Shown piece by piece: positions 45,601-60,600 of a DNA stretch of 64,000 bases. The DNA is from the human T2T-CHM13v2.0 reference genome, Homo sapiens: assembly GCF_009914755.1 (NCBI RefSeq), contig NC_060927.1. The stretch is one strand, 5' to 3'. The first letter of the stretch is position 1. The number at the start of each line of letters is the position of its first letter. The translations under genes and the position numbers were made by a program. The notes under the pieces were generated by a model. That model ran no database searches. It had not been told where the DNA came from and saw only the letters and a program-made list of their open reading frames with translations.

Positions 45601-48600
45601 CAGGTCACGCCACCCCTCTTCCTGTCACCAGCCCTTCCTCAGTATCCACAGGTCACACCACCCCTCTTCCTGTCACCGACACTTCCTCAGAATCCACAGG
45701 TCATGTCACCCCTCTTCCTGTCACCAGCCTTTCCTCAGCATCCACAGGTGACAGCACCCCTCTTCCTGTCACTGACACTTCCTCAGCATCCACAGGTCAC
45801 GTCACCCCTCTTCCTGTCACCAGCCTTTCCTCAGCATCCACAGGTGACACCACCCCTCTTCCTGTCACTGACACTTCCTCAGCATCCACAGGTCACGCCA
45901 CCTCTCTTCCTGTCACCGACACTTCCTCAGTATCCACAGGTCACACCACCCCTCTTCCTGTCACCGACACTTCCTCAGCATCCACAGGTCACGCCACCTC
46001 TCTTCCTGTCACCGACACTTCCTCAGTATCCACAGCTCACGCCACCCCACTTCCTGTCACCGGCCTTTCTTCAGCTTCCACAGATGACACCACCCGTCTT
46101 CCTGTCACCGACGTTTCCTCGGCATCCACAGGTCAGGCCATCCCTCTTCCTGTCACCAGCCCTTCCTCAGCATCCACAGGTGACACCACCCCTCTTCCTG
46201 TCACCGACGCTTCCTCAGCATCCACAGGTGACACCACCTCTCTTCCTGTCACCATCCCTTCCTCAGCATCTTCAGGTCACACCACCTCTCTTCCTGTCAC
46301 CGACGCTTCCTCAGTGTCCACAGGTCACGCCACCTCTCTTCTTGTCACCGACGCTTCCTCAGTATCCACAGGTGACACCACCCCTCTTCCTGTCACCGAC
46401 ACTAACTCAGCATCCACAGGTGACACCACCCCTCTTCATGTCACCGACGCTTCCTCAGTATCCACAGGTCACGCCACCTCTCTTCCTGTCACCAGCCTTT
46501 CCTCAGCATCCACAGGTGACACCACGCCTCTTCCTGTCACTAGCCCTTCCTCAGCATCCTCAGGTCACACCACCCCTCTTCCTGTCACCGACGCTTCCTC
46601 AGTACCCACAGGTCACGCCACCTCTCTTCCTGTCACCGACGCTTCCTCAGTGTCCACAGGTCACGCCACCCCTCTTCCTGTCACCGACGCTTCCTCAGTG
46701 TCCACAGGTCATGCCACCCCTCTTCCGGTCACCGACACTTCCTCAGTATCTACAGGACAGGCCACCCCTCTTCCTGTCACCAGCCTTTCCTCAGCATCCA
46801 CTGGTGACACCACGCCGCTTCCTGTCACCGATACTTCCTCAGCATCCACAGGTCAGGACACCCCTCTTCCTGTCACCAGCCTTTCCTCAGTATCCACAGG
46901 TGACACCACGCCTCTTCCTGTCACTAGCCCTTCCTCAGCATCCACAGGTCACGCCACCCCTCTTCTTGTCACCGACGCTTCCTCAGTATCCACAGGTCAC
47001 GCCACCTCTCTTCTTGTCACCGACGCTTCCTCAGTATCCACAGGTCACGCCACCGCTCTTCATGTCACCGATGCTTCCTCATTATCCACAGGGGACACCA
47101 CCCCTCTTCCTGTCACCAGCCCTTCCTCAGCATCCACAGGTGACACCACCCCTCTTCCTGTCACCGACACTTCCTCAGCATCCACAGGTCACGCCACCTC
47201 TCTTCCTGTCACCGACACTTCCTCAGCATCCACAGGTCACGCCACCCCTCTTCCTGTCACCGACACTTCCTCAGCATCCACAGGTCAGGCCACCCCTCTT
47301 CCTGTCACCGGCCCTTCCTCAGCATCCACAGGTCACGCCATCCCTCTTCTTGTCACCGACACTTCCTCAGCATCCACAGGACAGGCCACCCCTCTTCCTG
47401 TCACCAGCCTTTCCTCAGCATCCACAGGTGACACCACCCCTCTTCCTGTCACCGACGCTTCCTCAGTGTCCACAGGTCACGCCACCTCTCTTCCTGTCAC
47501 CAGCCTTTCCTCAGTATCCACAGGTGACACCACCCCTCTTCCTGTCACCAGCCCTTCCTCAGCATCCTCAGGTCACACCACCCCTCTTCCTGTCACCGAC
47601 GCTTCCTCAGTATCCACAGGTGACACCACCCCTCTTCCTGTCACCAGCCCTTCCTCAGCATCCTCAGGTCACACCACCCCTCTTCCTGTCACCAGCCCTT
47701 CCTCAGCATCCTCAGGTCACACCACCCCTCTTCCTGTCACCGACGCTTCCTCAGCATCCACAGGTGACACCACCCCTCTTCCTGTCACCGACACTTCCTC
47801 AGCATCCACAGGTCACGCCACCCATCTTCCTGTCACCGGCCTTTCCTCAGCTTCCACAGGTGACACCACCCGTCTTCCTGTCACCAACGTTTCCTCGGCA
47901 TCCACAGGTCATGCCACCCCTCTTCCTGTCACCAGCACTTCCTCAGCATCCACAGGTGACACCACCCCTCTTCCTGGCACCGACACTTCCTCAGTATCCA
48001 CAGGTCACACCACCCCTCTTCTTGTCACCGACGCTTCGTCAGTATCCACAGGTGACACCACCCGTCTTCCTGTCACCAGCCCTTCCTCAGCATCTACAGG
48101 TCACACCACCCCTCTACCTGTCACCGACACTCCCTCAGCATCCACAGGTGACACCACCCCTCTTCCTGTCACCAATGCTTCCTCATTATCCACACGTCAC
48201 ACCACCTCTCTTCATGTCACCAGCCCTTCCTCAGCATCCACAGGTCACGCCACCTCTCTTCCTGTCACCGACACTTCCTCAGTATCCACAGGTCATGCCA
48301 CCCCTCTTCATGTCACCAGCCCTTCCTCAGCATCCACAGGTGACACCACCCCTCTTCCTGTCACCGACACTTACTCAGCATCCACAGGTCAGGCCACCCC
48401 TCTTCCTGTCACCGACACTTCCTCAGCATCCACAGGTGACACCACCCCTCTTCCTGTCACCGACACTTCCTCAGCATCCACAGGTCACGCCACCCCTCTT
48501 CCTGTCACCAACACTTCCTCAGTATCCACAGGTCACGCCACCCCTCTTCATGTCACCAGCCCTTCCTCAGCATCCACAGGTCACACCACCCCTCTTCCTG

Positions 48601-51600
48601 TCACCGACGCTTCGTCAGTGTCCACAGGTCACGCCACCTCTCTTCCTGTCACCGACGCTTCCTCAGTGTTCACAGGTCACGCCACCTCGCTTCCTGTCAC
48701 CATCCCTTCCTCAGCATCCTCAGGTCACACCACCCCTCTTCCTGTCACCGACGCTTCCTCAGTGTCCACAGGTCACGCCACCTCTCTTCCTGTCACCGAC
48801 GCTTCCTCAGTGTCCACAGGTCACGCCACCCCTCTTCCTGTCACCGACGCTTCCTCAGTGTCCACAGGTCACGCTACCCCTCTTCCTGTCACCGACACTT
48901 CCTCAGTATCCACAGGTCACGCCACCCCTCTTCCTCTCACCAGCCTTTCCTCAGTATCCACAGGTGACACCACGCCTCTTCCTGTCACCGACACTTCCTC
49001 AGCATCCACAGGTCAGGCCACCCCTCTTCCTGTCACCAGCCTTTCCTCAGTATCCACAGGTGACACCACCCCTCTTCCTGTCACCGACACTTCCTCAGCA
49101 TCCACAGGTCACGCCACCTCTCTTCCTGTCACCGACACTTCCTCAGCATCCACAGGTCACGCCACCCCTCTTCCTGACACCGACACTTCCTCAGCATCCA
49201 CAGGTCACGCCACCCCTCTTCCTGTCACCGACACTTCCTCAGCATCCACAGGTCACGCCACCCTTCTTCCTGTCACCGACACTTCCTCAGCATCCATAGG
49301 TCACGCCACCCCTCTTCCTGTCACCGACACTTCCTCAATATCCACAGGTCACGCCACCCCTCTTCATGTCACCAGCCCTTCCTCAGCATCCACCGGTCAC
49401 GCCACCCCGCTTCCTGTCACCGACACTTCCTCAGCATCCACAGGTCACGCCAACCCTCTTCATGTCACCAGCCCTTCCTCAGCATCCACCGGTCACGCCA
49501 CCCCGCTTCCTGTCACCGACACTTCCTCAGCATCCACAGGTCACGCCACCCCTCTTCCTGTCACCAGCCTTTCCTCAGTATCCACAGGTGACACCACGCC
49601 TCTTCCTGTCACTAGCCCTTCCTCAGCATCCACAGGTCACACCACCCCTCTTCCTGTCACCGACACTTCCTCAGCATCCACAGGTCAGGCCACCGCTCTT
49701 CCTGTCACCAGCACTTCCTCAGCATCCACAGGTGACACCACCCCTCTTCCTGTTACCGACACTTCCTCAGCATCCACAGGTCAGGCCACCCCTCTTCCTG
49801 TCACCAGCCTTTCCTCAGTATCCACAGGTGACACCACGCCTCTTCCTGTCACTAGCCCTTCCTCAGCATCCACAGGTCACGCCACTCCTCTTCTTGTCAC
49901 CGACGCTTCCTCAGCATCCACAGGTCAGGCCACCCCTCTTCCTGTCACCGACACTTCCTCAGCATACACAGGTGACACCACCTCTCTTCCTGTCACCGAC
50001 ACTTCCTCATCATCCACAGGTGACACCACCCCTCTTCTTGTCACCGAGACTTCCTCAGCATCCACAGGTCACGCCACCCCTCTTCATGTCACCAGCCCTT
50101 CCTCAGCATCCACAGGTGACACCACCCCTGTGCCTGTCACCGACACTTCCTCAGTATCCACAGGTCACGCCACCCCTCTTCCTGTCACCGGCCTTTCCTC
50201 AGCTTCCACAGGTGACACCACCCGTCTTCCTGTCACCGACATTTCCTCGGCATCCACAGGTCAGGCCACCCCTCTTCCTGTCACCAACACTTCCTCAGCA
50301 TCCACAGGTCACGCCACCCCTCTTCCTGTCACCGGCCTTTCCTCAGCTTCCACAGGTGACACCACCCGTCTTCCTGTCACCGACATTTCCTCGGCATCCA
50401 CAGGTCAGGCCACCCCTCTTCCTGTCACCAACACTTCCTCAGTATCCACAGGTGACACCATGCCTCTTCCTGTCACTAGCCCTTCCTCAGCATCCACAGG
50501 TCACGCCACCCCTCTTCCTGTCACCAGCACTTCCTCAGCATCCACCGGTCACGCCACCCCTGTTCCTGTCACCAGCACTTCCTCAGCATCTACAGGTCAC
50601 ACCACCCCTCTTCCTGTCACCGACACTTCCTCAGCATCCACAGGTGACACCACCCCTCTTCCTGTCACCAGCCCTTCCTCAGCATCTACAGGTCACACCA
50701 CCCCTCTTCATGTCACCATCCCTTCCTCAGCATCCACAGGTGACACCAGCACTCTTCCTGTCACCGGCGCTTCCTCAGCATCCACCGGTCACGCCACCCC
50801 TCTTCCTGTCACCGACACTTCCTCAGTATCCACAGGTCACGCCACCCCTCTTCCTGTCACCAGCTTTTCCTCAGTATCCACAGGTGACACCACGCCTCTT
50901 CCTGTCACCGACACTTCCTCAGTATCCACAGGTCACGCCACCCCTCTTCCTGTCACCAGCTTTTCCTCAGTATCCACAGGTGACACCACCCCTCTTCCTG
51001 TCACCGACGCTTCCTCGGCATCCACCGGTCACGCCACCCCTCTTCCTGTCACCGACACTTCCTCAGTATCCACAGGTCACGCCACCCCTCTTCCTCTCAC
51101 CAGCCTTTCCTCAGTATCCACAGGTGACACCACGACTCTTCCTGTCACCGACACTTCCTCAGTATCCACAGGTCACGCCACCCCTCTTCCTGTCACCAGC
51201 TTTTCCTCAGTATCCACAGGTGACACCACCCCTCTTCCTGTCACCGACGCTTCCTCGGCATCCACCGGTCACGCCACCCCTCTTCCTGTCACCGACACTT
51301 CCTCAGTATCCACCGGTCACGCCACGCCTCTTCCTGTCACCAGCCTTTCCTCAGTATCCACAGGTGACACCACCCCTCTTCCTGTCACCGACGCTTCCTC
51401 GGCATCCACAGGTCAGGCCACCCCTCTTCCTGTCACCAGCCTTTCCTCAGTATCAACAGGTGACACCACGCCTCTTCCTGTCACCATCCCTTCCTCAGCA
51501 TCCTCAGGTCACACCACCTCTCTTCCTGTCACCGACACTTCCTCAGCATCCACAGGTCAGGCCACCCCTCTTCCTGTCACCAGCCTTTCCTCAGTATCCA

Positions 51601-54600
51601 CAGGTGACACCACCCCTCTTCTTGTCACCGACGCTTCCTCAGTATCCACAGGTCACGCCACCCCTCTTCCTGTCACCGACACTTCCTCAGCATCCACAGG
51701 TGACACCACCCGTCTTCCTGTCACAGACACTTCCTCAGCATCCACAGGTCAGGCCACCCCTCTTCCTGTCACCAGCCTTTCCTCAGTATCCACAGGTGAC
51801 ACCACCCCTCTTCTTGTCACCAACACTTCCTCAGTATCCAGAGGTCACGCCACCTCTCTTCCTGTCACCATCCCTTCCTCATCATCCTCAGGTCACACCA
51901 CCCCTCTTCCTGTCACCAGCACTTCCTCAGTATCTACAGGTCACGTCACCCCTCTTCCTGTCACCAGCACTTCCTCAGCATCCACAGGTCACGCCACCTC
52001 TCTTCCTGTCACCGACACTTCCTCAGTATCCACAGGTCACGCCACCTCTCTTCCTGTCACCGACACTTCCTCAGTATCCACAGGTCACGCCACCCCTCTT
52101 CCTGTCACCGACGCTTCCTCAGTGTCCACAGGTCACGCCACGCCTCTTCCTGTCACCGACGCTTCCTCAGCATCCACAGGTGACACCACCCCTCTTCCTG
52201 TCACCAACACTTCCTCAGCATCCACAGGTCAGGCCACCCCTCTTCCTGTCACCAGCCTTTCCTCAGTATCCACAGGTGACACCATGCCTCTTCCTGTCAC
52301 TAGCCCTTCCTCAGCATCCACAGGTCACGCCACCCCTCTTCCTGTTACCGGCCTTTCCTCAGCTTCCACAGGTGACACCACCCCTCTTCCTGTCACTGAC
52401 ACTTCCTCAGCATCCACAGGTCACGTCACCCCTCTTCCTGTCACCAGCCTTTCCTCAGCATCCACAGGTGACAGCACCCCTCTTCCTGTCACTGACACTT
52501 CCTCAGCATCCACAGGTCACGTCACCCCTCTTCCTGTCACCAGCCTTTCCTCAGCATCCACAGGTGACACCACCCCTCTTCCTGTCACTGACACTTCCTC
52601 AGCATCCACAGGTCACGCCACCCCTCTTCATGTCACTGATGCTTCCTCAGCATCCACAGGTCAGGCCACCCTTCTTCCTGTCACCAGCCTTTCCTCAGTA
52701 TCCACAGGTGACACCACGCCTCTTCCTGTCACTAGCCCTTCCTCAGCATCCACAGGTCACGCCACCCCTCTTCTTGTCACCGACACTTCCTCAGCATCCA
52801 CAGGACACGCCACCCCTCTTCCTGTCACCGACGCTTCCTCAGTGTCCACAGGTCACGCCACCTCTCTTCCTGTAACCATCCCTTCCTCAGCTTCCACAGG
52901 TCACACCACCCCTCTTCCTGTCACCGACACTTCCTCAGCATCCACAGGTCAGGCCACCTCTCTTCTTGTCACCGACACTTCCTCAGTATCCACAGGTGAC
53001 ACCACGCCTCTTCCTGTCACTAGCACTTCCTCAGCATCCACAGGTCACGTCACTCCTCTTCATGTCACCAGCCCTTCCTCAGCATCCACAGGTCACGCCA
53101 CCCCTCTTCCTGTCACCAGCCTTTCCTCAGCATCCACAGGTGACACCATGCCTCTTCCTGTCACTAGCCCTTCCTCAGCATCCACAGGTGACACCACCCC
53201 TCTTCCTGTCACCGACGCTTCCTCAGTATCCACAGGTCACACCACCCCTCTTCCTGTCACCAGCCCTTCCTCAGCATCTACAGGTCACACCACCCCTCTT
53301 CCTGTCACCGACACTACCTCAGCATCCAAAGGTGACACCACCCCTCTTCCTGTCACCAGCCCTTCCTCAGCATCTACAGGTCACACCACCCCTCTTCCTG
53401 TCACCGACACTTCCTCAGCATCCACAGGTGACACCACCCCTCTTCCTGTCACCAATGCTTCCTCATTATCCACAGGTCACGCCACCCCTCTTCATGTCAC
53501 CAGCCCTTCCTCAGCATCCACAGGTCACGCCACCCCTCTTCCTGTCACCAGCACTTCCTCAGCATCCACCGGTCACGCCACCTCTCTTCCTGTCACCAGC
53601 ACTTCCTCAGCATCCACCGGTCACGCCACCCCTCTTCCTGTCACCGACAATTCCTCAGTATCCACAGGTCACGCCACCCCTCTTCCTGTCACCGGCCTTT
53701 CCTCAGCTACCACAGATGACACCACCCGTCTTCCTGTCACCGACGTTTCCTCGGCATCCACAGGTCAGGCCACCCCTCTTCCTGTCACCAGCCTTTCCTC
53801 AGTATCCACAGGTGACACCACGCCTCTTCCTGTCACTAGCCCTTCCTCAGCATCCACAGGTCACGCCAGCCCTCTTCTTGTCACTGACGCTTCCTCAGCA
53901 TCCACAGGTCAGGCCACCCCTCTTCCTGTCACCGACACTTCCTCAGTATCCACAGCTCACGCCACCCCACTTCCTGTCACCGGCCTTTCTTCAGCTTCCA
54001 CAGATGACACCACCCGTCTTCCTGTCACCGACGTTTCCTCGGCATCCACAGGTCAGGCCATCCCTCTTCCTGTCACCAGCCCTTCCTCAGCATCCACAGG
54101 TGACACCACCCCTCTTCCTGTCACCGACGCTTCCTCAGCATCCACAGGTGACACCACCTCTCTTCCTGTCACCATCCCTTCCTCAGCATCTTCAGGTCAC
54201 ACCACCTCTCTTCCTGTCACCGACGCTTCCTCAGTGTCCACAGGTCACGCCACCTCTCTTCTTGTCACCGACGCTTCCTCAGTATCCACAGGTGACACCA
54301 CCCCTCTTCCTGTCACCGACACTAACTCAGCATCCACAGGTGACACCACCCCTCTTCATGTCACCGACGCTTCCTCAGTATCCACAGGTCACGCCACCTC
54401 TCTTCCTGTCACCAGCCTTTCCTCAGCATCCACAGGTGACACCACGCCTCTTCCTGTCACTAGCCCTTCCTCAGCATCCTCAGGTCACACCACCCCTCTT
54501 CCTGTCACCGACGCTTCCTCAGTACCCACAGGTCACGCCACCTCTCTTCCTGTCACCGACGCTTCCTCAGTGTCCACAGGTCACGCCACCCCTCTTCCTG

Positions 54601-57600
54601 TCACCGACGCTTCCTCAGTGTCCACAGGTCATGCCACCCCTCTTCCGGTCACCGACACTTCCTCAGTATCTACAGGACAGGCCACCCCTCTTCCTGTCAC
54701 CAGCCTTTCCTCAGCATCCACTGGTGACACCACGCCGCTTCCTGTCACCGATACTTCCTCAGCATCCACAGGTCAGGACACCCCTCTTCCTGTCACCAGC
54801 CTTTCCTCAGTATCCACAGGTGACACCACGCCTCTTCCTGTCACTAGCCCTTCCTCAGCATCCACAGGTCACGCCACCCCTCTTCTTGTCACCGACGCTT
54901 CCTCAGTATCCACAGGTCACGCCACCTCTCTTCTTGTCACCGACGCTTCCTCAGTATCCACAGGTCACGCCACCGCTCTTCATGTCACTGATGCTTCCTC
55001 ATTATCCACAGGGGACACCACCCCTCTTCCTGTCACCAGCCCTTCCTCAGCATCCACAGGTGACACCACCCCTCTTCCTGTCACCGACACTTCCTCAGCA
55101 TCCACAGGTCACGCCACCTCTCTTCCTGTCACCGACACTTCCTCAGCATCCACAGGTCACGCCACCTCTCTTCCTGTCACCGACACTTCCTCAGCATCCA
55201 CAGGTCACGCCACCCCTCTTCCTGTCACCGACACTTCCTCAGCATCCACAGGTCAGGCCACCCCTCTTCCTGTCACCGGCCCTTCCTCAGCATCCACAGG
55301 TCACGCCATCCTTCTTCTTGTCACCGACACTTCCTCAGCATCCACAGGACAGGCCACCCCTCTTCCTGTCACCAGCCTTTCCTCAGCATCCACAGGTGAC
55401 ACCACCCCTCTTCCTGTCACCGACGCTTCCTCAGTGTCCACAGGTCACGCCACCTCTCTTCCTGTCACCAGCCTTTCCTCAGTATCCACAGGTGACACCA
55501 CCCCTCTTCCTGTCACCAGCCCTTCCTCAGCATCCTCAGGTCACACCACCCCTCTTCCTGTCACCGACGCTTCCTCAGTATCCACAGGTGACACCACCCC
55601 TCTTCCTGTCACCAGCCCTTCCTCAGCATCCTCAGGTCACACCACCCCTCTTCCTGTCACCAGCCCTTCCTCAGCATCCTCAGGTCACACCACCCCTCTT
55701 CCTGTCACCGACGCTTCCTCAGCATCCACAGGTGACACCACCCCTCTTCCTGTCACCGACACTTCCTCAGCATCCACAGGTCACGCCACCCATCTTCCTG
55801 TCACCGGCCTTTCCTCAGCTTCCACAGGTGACACCACCCGTCTTCCTGTCACCAACGTTTCCTCGGCATCCACAGGTCATGCCACCCCTCTTCCTGTCAC
55901 CAGCACTTCCTCAGCATCCACAGGTGACACCACCCCTCTTCCTGGCACCGACACTTCCTCAGTATCCACAGGTCACACCACCCCTCTTCTTGTCACCGAC
56001 GCTTCGTCAGTATCCACAGGTGACACCACCCGTCTTCCTGTCACCAGCCCTTCCTCAGCATCTACAGGTCACACCACCCCTCTTCATGTCACCGATGCTT
56101 CCTCAGTATCCACAGGTCACACCACCCCTCTTCCTGTCACCGACACTTCCTCAGCATCCACAGGTCAGGCCACCTCTCTTCTTGTCACCGACACTTCCTC
56201 AGTATCCACAGGTGACACCACGCCTCTTCCTGTCACTAGCACTTCCTCAGCATCCACAGGTCACGTCACTCCTCTTCATGTCACCAGCCCTTCCTCAGCA
56301 TCCACAGGTCACGCCACCCCTCTTCCTGTCACCAGCCTTTCCTCAGCATCCACAGGTGACACCACCCCTCTTCCTGTCACCGACACTTCCTCAGTATCCA
56401 CAGGTCACACCACCCCTCTTCCTGTCACCAGCCCTTCCTCAGCATCTACAGGTCACACCACCCCTCTTCCTGTCACCGACACTTCCTCAGCATCCAAAGG
56501 TGACACCACCCCTCTTCCTGTCACCAGCCCTTCCTCAGCATCTACAGGTCACACCACCCCTCTTCCTGTCACCGACACTTCCTCAGCATCCACAGGTGAC
56601 ACCACCCCTCTTCCTGTCACCAATGCTTCCTCATTATCCACAGGTCACGCCACCCCTCTTCATGTCACCAGCCCTTCCTCAGCATCCACAGGTCACGCCA
56701 CCCCTCTTCCTGTCACCAGCACTTCCTCAGCATCCACCGGTCACGCCACCCCTCTTCCTGTCACCAGCACTTCCTCAGCATCCACCGGTCACGCCACCCC
56801 TCTTCCTGTCACCGACAATTCCTCAGTATCCACAGGTCATGCCACCCCTCTTCCTGTCACCGGCCTTTCCTCAGCTACCACAGATGACACCACCCGTCTT
56901 CCTGTCACCGACGTGTCCTCGGCATCCACAGGTCAGGCCACCCCTCTTCCTGTCACCAGCCTTTCCTCAGTATCCACAGGTGACACCACGCCTCTTCCTG
57001 TCACTAGCCCTTCCTCAGCATCCACAGGTCACGCCAGCCCTCTTCTTGTCACTGACGCTTCCTCAGCATCCACAGGTCAGGCCACCCCTCTTCCTGTCAC
57101 CGACACTTCCTCAGTATCCACAGCTCACGCCACCCCACTTCCTGTCACCGGCCTTTCCTCAGCTTCCACAGATGACACCACCCGTCTTCCTGTCACCGAC
57201 GTTTCCTCGGCATCCACAGGTCAGGCCATCCCTCTTCCTGTCACCAGCCCTTCCTCAGCATCCACAGGTGACACCACCCCTCTTCCTGTCACCGACGCTT
57301 CCTCAGCATCCACAGGTGACACCACCTCTCTTCCTGTCACCATCCCTTCCTCAGCATCTTCAGGTCACACCACCTCTCTTCCTGTCACCGACGCTTCCTC
57401 AGTGTCCACAGGTCACGCCACCTCTCTTCTTGTCACCGACGCTTCCTCAGTATCCACAGGTGACACCACCCCTCTTCCTGTCACCGACACTAACTCAGCA
57501 TCCACAGGTGACACCACCCCTCTTCATGTCACCGACGCTTCCTCAGTATCCACAGGTCACGCCACCTCTCTTCCTGTCACCAGCCTTTCCTCAGCATCCA

Positions 57601-60600
57601 CAGGTGACACCACGCCTCTTCCTGTCACTAGCCCTTCCTCAGCATCCTCAGGTCACACCACCTCTCTTCCTGTCACCGACGCTTCCTCAGTGTCCACAGG
57701 TCACGCCACCTCTCTTCCTGTCACCATCCCTTCCTCAGCATCCTCAGGTCACACCACCCCTCTTCCTGTCACCGACGCTTCCTCAGTACCCACAGGTCAC
57801 GCCACCTCTCTTCCTGTCACCGACGCTTCCTCAGTGTCCACAGGTCACGCCACCCCTCTTCCTGTCACCGACGCTTCCTCAGTGTCCACAGGTCATGCCA
57901 CCCCTCTTCCGGTCACCGACACTTCCTCAGTATCTACAGGACAGGCCACCCCTCTTCCTGTCACCAGCCTTTCCTCAGCATCATCCACTGGTGACACCAC
58001 GCCGCTTCCTGTCACTGATACTTCCTCAGCATCCACAGGTCAGGACACCCCTCTTCCTGTCACCAGCCTTTTCTCAGTATCCACAGGTGACACCACGCCT
58101 CTTCCTGTCACTAGCCCTTCCTCAGCATCCACAGGTCACGCCACCCATCTTCTTGTCACCGACGCTTCCTCAGTATCCACAGGTCACGCCACCTCTCTTC
58201 TTGTCACCGACGCTTCCTCAGTATCCACAGGTCACGCCACCGCTCTTCATGTCACCGATGCTTCCTCATTATCCACAGGGGACACCACCCCTCTTCCTGT
58301 CACCAGCCCTTCCTCAGCATCCACAGGTGACACCACCCCTCTTCCTGTCACCGACACTTCCTCAGTATCCACAGGTCACGCCACCTCTCTTCCTGTCACT
58401 GACACTTCCTCAGCATCCACAGGTCACGCCACCTCTCTTCCTGTCACCGACACTTCCTCAGCATCCACAGGTCAGGCCACCCCTCTTCCTGTCACCAGCC
58501 CTTCCTCAGCATCCACAGGTCACGCCATCCCTCTTCTTGTCACCGACACTTCCTCAGCATCCACAGGACAGGCCACCCCTCTTCCTGTCACCAGCCTTTC
58601 CTCAGCATCCACAGGTGACACCACCCCTCTTCCTGTCACCGATGCTTCCTCAGTGTCCACAGGTCACGCCACCTCTCTTCCTGTCACCAGCCTTTCCTCA
58701 GTATCCACAGGTGACACCACCCCTCTTCCTGTCACTAGCCCTTCCTCAGCATCCACAGGTCACGCCACCCCTCTTCATGTCACCAGCCCTTCCTCAGCAT
58801 CCACAGGTCACGCCACCCCTCTTCCTGTCACCAGCCTTTCCTCAGCATCCACAGGTGACACCACGCCTCTTCCTGTCACTAGCCCTTCCTCAGCATCCAC
58901 AGGTCACGCCACCCCTCTTCATGTCACCGACGCTTCCTCAGTATCCACAGGTGACACCACCCCTCTTCCTGTCACCAGCCCTTCCTCAGCATCCTCAGGT
59001 CACACCACCCCTCTTCCTGTCACCGACGCTTCCTCAGCATCCACAGGTGACACCACCCCTCTTCCTGTCACCGACACTTCCTCAGCATCCACAGGTCACG
59101 CCACCCATCTTCCTGTCACCGGCCTTTCCTCAGCTTCCACAGGTGACACCACCCGTCTTCCTGTCACCGACGTTTCCTCGGCATCCACAGGTCATGCCAC
59201 CCCTCTTCCTGTCACCAGCACTTCCTCAGCATCCACAGGTGACACCACCCCTCTTCCTGGCACCGACACTTCCTCAGTATCCACAGGTCACACCACCCCT
59301 CTTCTTGTCACCGACGCTTCGTCAGTATCCACAGGTGACACCACCCGTCTTCCTGTCACCAGCCCTTCCTCAGCATCTACAGGTCACACCACCCCTCTAC
59401 CTGTCACCGACACTCCCTCAGCATCCACAGGTGACACCACCCCTCTTCCTGTCACCAATGCTTCCTCATTATCCACACGTCACGCCACCTCTCTTCATGT
59501 CACCAGCCCTTCCTCAGCATCCACCGGTCACGCCACCCCTCTTCCTGTTACCGACACTTCCGCAGCATCCACAGGTCACGCCACCCCTCTTCCTGTCACC
59601 AGCACTTCCTCAGCATCCACAGGTGACACCACCCCTCTTCCTGTCACCGACACTTCCTCAGCATCCACAGGTCACGCCACCCCTCTTCCTGTCACCAACA
59701 CTTCCTCAGTATCCACAGGTCACGCCACCCCTCTTCATGTCACCAGCCCTTCCTCAGCATCCACAGGTCACACCACCCCTCTTCCTGTCACCGACGCTTC
59801 GTCAGTGTCCACAGGTCACGCCACCTCTCTTCCTGTCACCGACGCTTCCTCAGTGTCCACAGGTCACGCCACCCCTCTTCCTGTCACCGACGCTTCCTCA
59901 GTGTCCACAGGTCACGCTACCCCTCTTCCTCTCACCAGCCTTTCCTCAGTATCCACAGGTGACACCACGCCTCTTCCTGTCACCGACACTTCCTCAGCAT
60001 CCACAGGTCAGGCCACCCCTCTTCCTGTCACCAGCCTTTCCTCAGTATCCACAGGTGACACCACCCCTCTTCCTGTCACCGACACTTCCTCAGCATCCAC
60101 AGGTCACGCCACCTCTCTTCCTGTCACCGACACTTCCTCAGCATCCACAGGTCACGCCACCCCTCTTCCTGTCACCGACACTTCCTCAATATCCACAGGT
60201 CACGCCACCCCTCTTCATGTCACCAGCCCTTCCTCAGCATCCACCGGTCACGCCACCCCGCTTCCTGTCACCGACACTTCCTCAGCATCCACAGGTCACG
60301 CCACCCCTCTTCCTGTCACCAGCCTTTCCTCAGTATCCACAGGTGACACCACGCCTCTTCCTGTCACTAGCCCTTCCTCAGCATCCACAGGTCACGCCAC
60401 TCCTCTTCTTGTCACCGACGCTTCCTCAGCATCCACAGGTCAGGCCACCCCTCTTCCTGTCACCAGCCTTTCCTCAGTATCCACAGGTGACACCACGCCT
60501 CTTCCTGTCACTAGCCCTTCCTCAGCATCCACCGGTCATGCCACCTCTCTTCCTGTCACCGACACTTCCTCAGCATCCACAGGTGACACCACCTCTCTTC

